15,888 nt of DNA from Promethearchaeota archaeon (lineage in GTDB: Archaea; Asgardarchaeota; Lokiarchaeia; Sigyniarchaeales; SOKP01), in assembly GCA_048941265.1 (NCBI GenBank), contig JBHLNT010000093.1:1-15888 (forward strand), given 5' to 3'. Positions 13,228 through 15,888 of the stretch are shown here, piece after piece. Each line of letters opens with the position of its first letter. Position 1 is the first letter of the stretch. The translations under genes were made by a program, and so were the position numbers. The notes under the pieces were generated by a model, which was not told the origin of the DNA, searched no databases, and saw nothing but the letters and a program-made list of their open reading frames with translations.

Positions 13228-15591
13228 ATGATTAAAATTTCTCTATCAGATGTACTTATAGAAAAATTTGGCGAAAAACTCTATTTAAAATCAAAAAGTT
13301 TTCCAAATAATAAAATAAATATTATTTGTCTAAAGGAAAATCCAATTAAGATCAATTCCATTATCTTAGACAATGATCGCGAATTCCATCTGATAATAGA
13401 TGAGAAAAAGGGTGAAATCTTCCACGATTGCCCTAATTTTTTAATTCATTCTGAAAGAGAAAAAAAAATTTGTATTCATTTCGTTAAGCTCTTACTCTTA
13501 ATTAAAAATCATATAGCGTTAGAAATAGCAAAGGATTTTGAAAGTTATTCACTAACTTCGGAAGATTTCGGGTCTAAAAAGAAAAGTAAAAACTTTTTGC
13601 TGTTAGCAAATAATTGTTTTGATACAAATAACTGCGTTGAGGGTTTAAGTTATCTTAATAAAGCTATAATAAATCAATATGAATGTGAGAACATTATTGA
13701 AAATTATTTAAATAGAGCAATAGAAAATAATCTCTATCTCGAATTTTTTGAATTTTTAAGGTCTGGGTTTGAAAATGATTTAAATGATTATATTTTACAA
13801 TTTGATCATTATATCGAAAAAGGTTTTAAGAATTTTCTTAATTCAATTAACGATTATTCCTTTTTTAACATACTAAGTGTAATCGAGGCTTTAGATTTTA
13901 TTTCTGAATATTATGACTTCACGTTTATTAATAAATTCTTTAAAAAATTTAAAAAATTAATTAATAGTTTAAACTTTAATGAAAAATATTTTTCGATTTA
14001 TTTTATTAAAAAGAATATGGAAAAATTCTCTGAGTTAAATCCATTATTTAAAGAGCTAATCCTACCAGAATCTCTCGAATCCGCTAAAGCTGAATTTTTA
14101 CGATATTTTCTTGATGAAATTGAAAATTTAGCGGTAATTGATAAATTAAAAATAATGAAGAAGCAATTTGAAACCATAAATATACCTAAAGAAAAATTCT
14201 ATAATGAATATAAAAAATACAAGGAAGAAATTAAAGAATTAGAGAAAAAGGTATATTTAAAAAAATTCTCCTTCCTGAAACTTTTAATGGAAAAATATAA
14301 TATTATAACCTCCCGAGGAGAATTTAGGAAAAAGAGAAATACTTATATTGTAAGACATGATGAAGAGAATCTTAATAATCCTGTTTATTCATATATTATT
14401 AAATCAATTGGATTTTATGGAATAAATGAATCTACTATAAAATCTACAGATATTGGAATTAATTACTTTATTATTAAACATTTATTTTCCGATGATCTTA
14501 GTTCACATCCAGATATATTTTACTACAAAAAACAATTTTGGGGCGAACTTGAAGATTATGAGATTAATCCGATAGATGGATTCTCTCTTTTGAGAGAAAA
14601 TATTAATTATAACTATGATATTGATCAACACTACTCAAATATTAATGATGTTATTATAATAGAATGGGATTTAGCAAACAAACCAAGACAAGGGAGTATA
14701 GTGAATGCTTATGGTTCTCAAATTTCAATCCCAGACCAACATAATCCATTATTTCACGATTTAAAACCTTTTGATTTATGTTACTGCCAGAAATCTCCAG
14801 TGAAAATCGAAGGGAACATAATAAAAACTGTCAATGTGATTACTAAATGTTCTTTTAAAGATGCCATAAATAGTGTTTCAAAAGGCATGAGTTTTGTTGA
14901 GGGATACTATCCTTTATCCCTTGTAAAGGCTGTATTAAATAAGGATATAAGCCCATTTAAAGCAAATGAAATCGCGGTTAATAATCCAAATAAGACTTTT
15001 ATTCCAAACTATAAACAATTTATTAAAAATTTTAGAGAATTTCTCTTTAATTTTATAAAAAAAGAAAAAGATTATATTTTTGAAGAATTAAAATCTGATC
15101 CTAAAAATAAAATAAATCAAATTTTAATGTTACTTAATTTACAAAATGAAACTCTGGGACTAGAACTATCATACTCAGAAATATTGGAAAAATTATTGGT
15201 TCAAAAAGTAAATCTAAATGTATTCAAATCAAAATTTTTAACTGAATTACATAAATATATAAAAGAAATCCTAAAAGAAAAAAAAATTGGCAGTACCAAA
15301 ATATTTGATTTGAAGCAACTCCGAAATACTCAATTTTTTAAATATTCTAATGAAATTATTAAAATTCGAACTGATGAATTTGAATCCACTGAAATTCTAC
15401 GTTCAAGAAATAATAAAAATGTAAGATATGATTTTTCAGAAATAATTAAAACATATTATGGTGGAAAGTTTTCAAATATCTTAAATATAGAAAATCCATT
15501 AAATGTAAAACAAGAAAAATTCACTAAATTTGCTGAATTGGCTTCACAATTAAAATTAAAATTGAATATTAAAGACTTAGAAATGTCTTAA
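13228..15591 (+). CDS. Hypothetical 787-aa protein with an N-terminal SWIM-like zinc finger
   Basis: Long ORF with HDCPNF...KKICIHFVKLL (HxC-x13-CxH, 13423-13479), preceded by beta-strand-like segments and followed by a hydrophobic helix as in SWIM domains. The remainder is not recognised. Confidence 0.7.
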   Translation: MIKISLSDVLIEKFGEKLYLKSKSFPNNKINIICLKENPIKINSIILDNDREFHLIIDEKKGEIFHDCPNFLIHSEREKKICIHFVKLLLLIKNHIALEIAKDFESYSLTSEDFGSKKKSKNFLLLANNCFDTNNCVEGLSYLNKAIINQYECENIIENYLNRAIENNLYLEFFEFLRSGFENDLNDYILQFDHYIEKGFKNFLNSINDYSFFNILSVIEALDFISEYYDFTFINKFFKKFKKLINSLNFNEKYFSIYFIKKNMEKFSELNPLFKELILPESLESAKAEFLRYFLDEIENLAVIDKLKIMKKQFETINIPKEKFYNEYKKYKEEIKELEKKVYLKKFSFLKLLMEKYNIITSRGEFRKKRNTYIVRHDEENLNNPVYSYIIKSIGFYGINESTIKSTDIGINYFIIKHLFSDDLSSHPDIFYYKKQFWGELEDYEINPIDGFSLLRENINYNYDIDQHYSNINDVIIIEWDLANKPRQGSIVNAYGSQISIPDQHNPLFHDLKPFDLCYCQKSPVKIEGNIIKTVNVITKCSFKDAINSVSKGMSFVEGYYPLSLVKAVLNKDISPFKANEIAVNNPNKTFIPNYKQFIKNFREFLFNFIKKEKDYIFEELKSDPKNKINQILMLLNLQNETLGLELSYSEILEKLLVQKVNLNVFKSKFLTELHKYIKEILKEKKIGSTKIFDLKQLRNTQFFKYSNEIIKIRTDEFESTEILRSRNNKNVRYDFSEIIKTYYGGKFSNILNIENPLNVKQEKFTKFAELASQLKLKLNIKDLEMS

Positions 15592-15888
15592 TTCACTATT
15601 ATTTTTAAGTTCTAATTTTCCATATACTCCATCATATCCAGGGATAATGGAATAGTTTTTATTCCTTATTTTATCAATTGCTTGGAAAATCTTAATGGGA
15701 ATCCCTTGTAAATTTTCAGCTCCATTCCAAACATTAAATTCACCATTATTCAATCCTACAATTTTTTGATAAATCGCTATATTATCTTTATCATATTCAG
15801 TACCGCCACATACTTTTGATATTAAATGTAATAATGGAACTATATATTGCACTTTGTCAGTTAATATAGGTTTTTGGTCTTTTAACTC
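15577..15888 (-). CDS. Endonuclease Q / PHP-family protein, C-terminal part (truncated by the window edge)
   Basis: The frame is open to the window end (ELKDQKPILTDKVQYIVPL...), so the GTG at 15852 is internal. The pattern YIVPLLHLI...GEFNVW...AIDKIR...IIPGYDGVYG matches the C-terminus of EndoQ-like proteins. It overlaps the convergent gene by 15 nt. Confidence 0.75.
   Translation of the reverse strand, partial: ELKDQKPILTDKVQYIVPLLHLISKVCGGTEYDKDNIAIYQKIVGLNNGEFNVWNGAENLQGIPIKIFQAIDKIRNKNYSIIPGYDGVYGKLELKNNSELRHF

Noticed and set aside
1-15888. CRISPR array or tandem repeat array
   Set aside because: No regularly spaced direct repeats were seen; low-complexity GAA runs are explained by Glu-rich coding sequence.

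Overview
AT-rich archaeal chromosomal window. An Asgard/Lokiarchaeia-like origin is my inference from the BHB-intron tRNA without CCA, the archaeal-type ScpA, the EndoQ-like gene and the low GC; it was not confirmed by a search. From left to right: the 3' part of smc, then scpA and scpB (condensin-like operon, + strand); a convergent bacterial/eukaryotic-type valS; tRNA-Ala(CGC) with a 30-nt intron at the non-canonical position 25/26; a glycyl radical enzyme with no adjacent activase; an orphan Dam-family adenine methylase; a divergent MoxR AAA+ ATPase and large VWA protein pair, followed by a SWIM-like zinc-finger protein; and the 3' end of an EndoQ-family gene. Four observations go beyond the ORF track. 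(1) The scpA frame is open about 80 codons upstream of the called ATG and encodes a HeH/LEM/SAP-like DNA-binding motif, reachable only through an ATT start or a +1 shift. (2) The tRNA is cryptic and split by an intron. (3) The VWA protein begins with an isolated AAA+ lid domain resembling its partner ATPase's own lid. (4) The glycyl radical enzyme has active-site loops that do not fit the characterised classes as I recall them. No mobile element or CRISPR array was seen.
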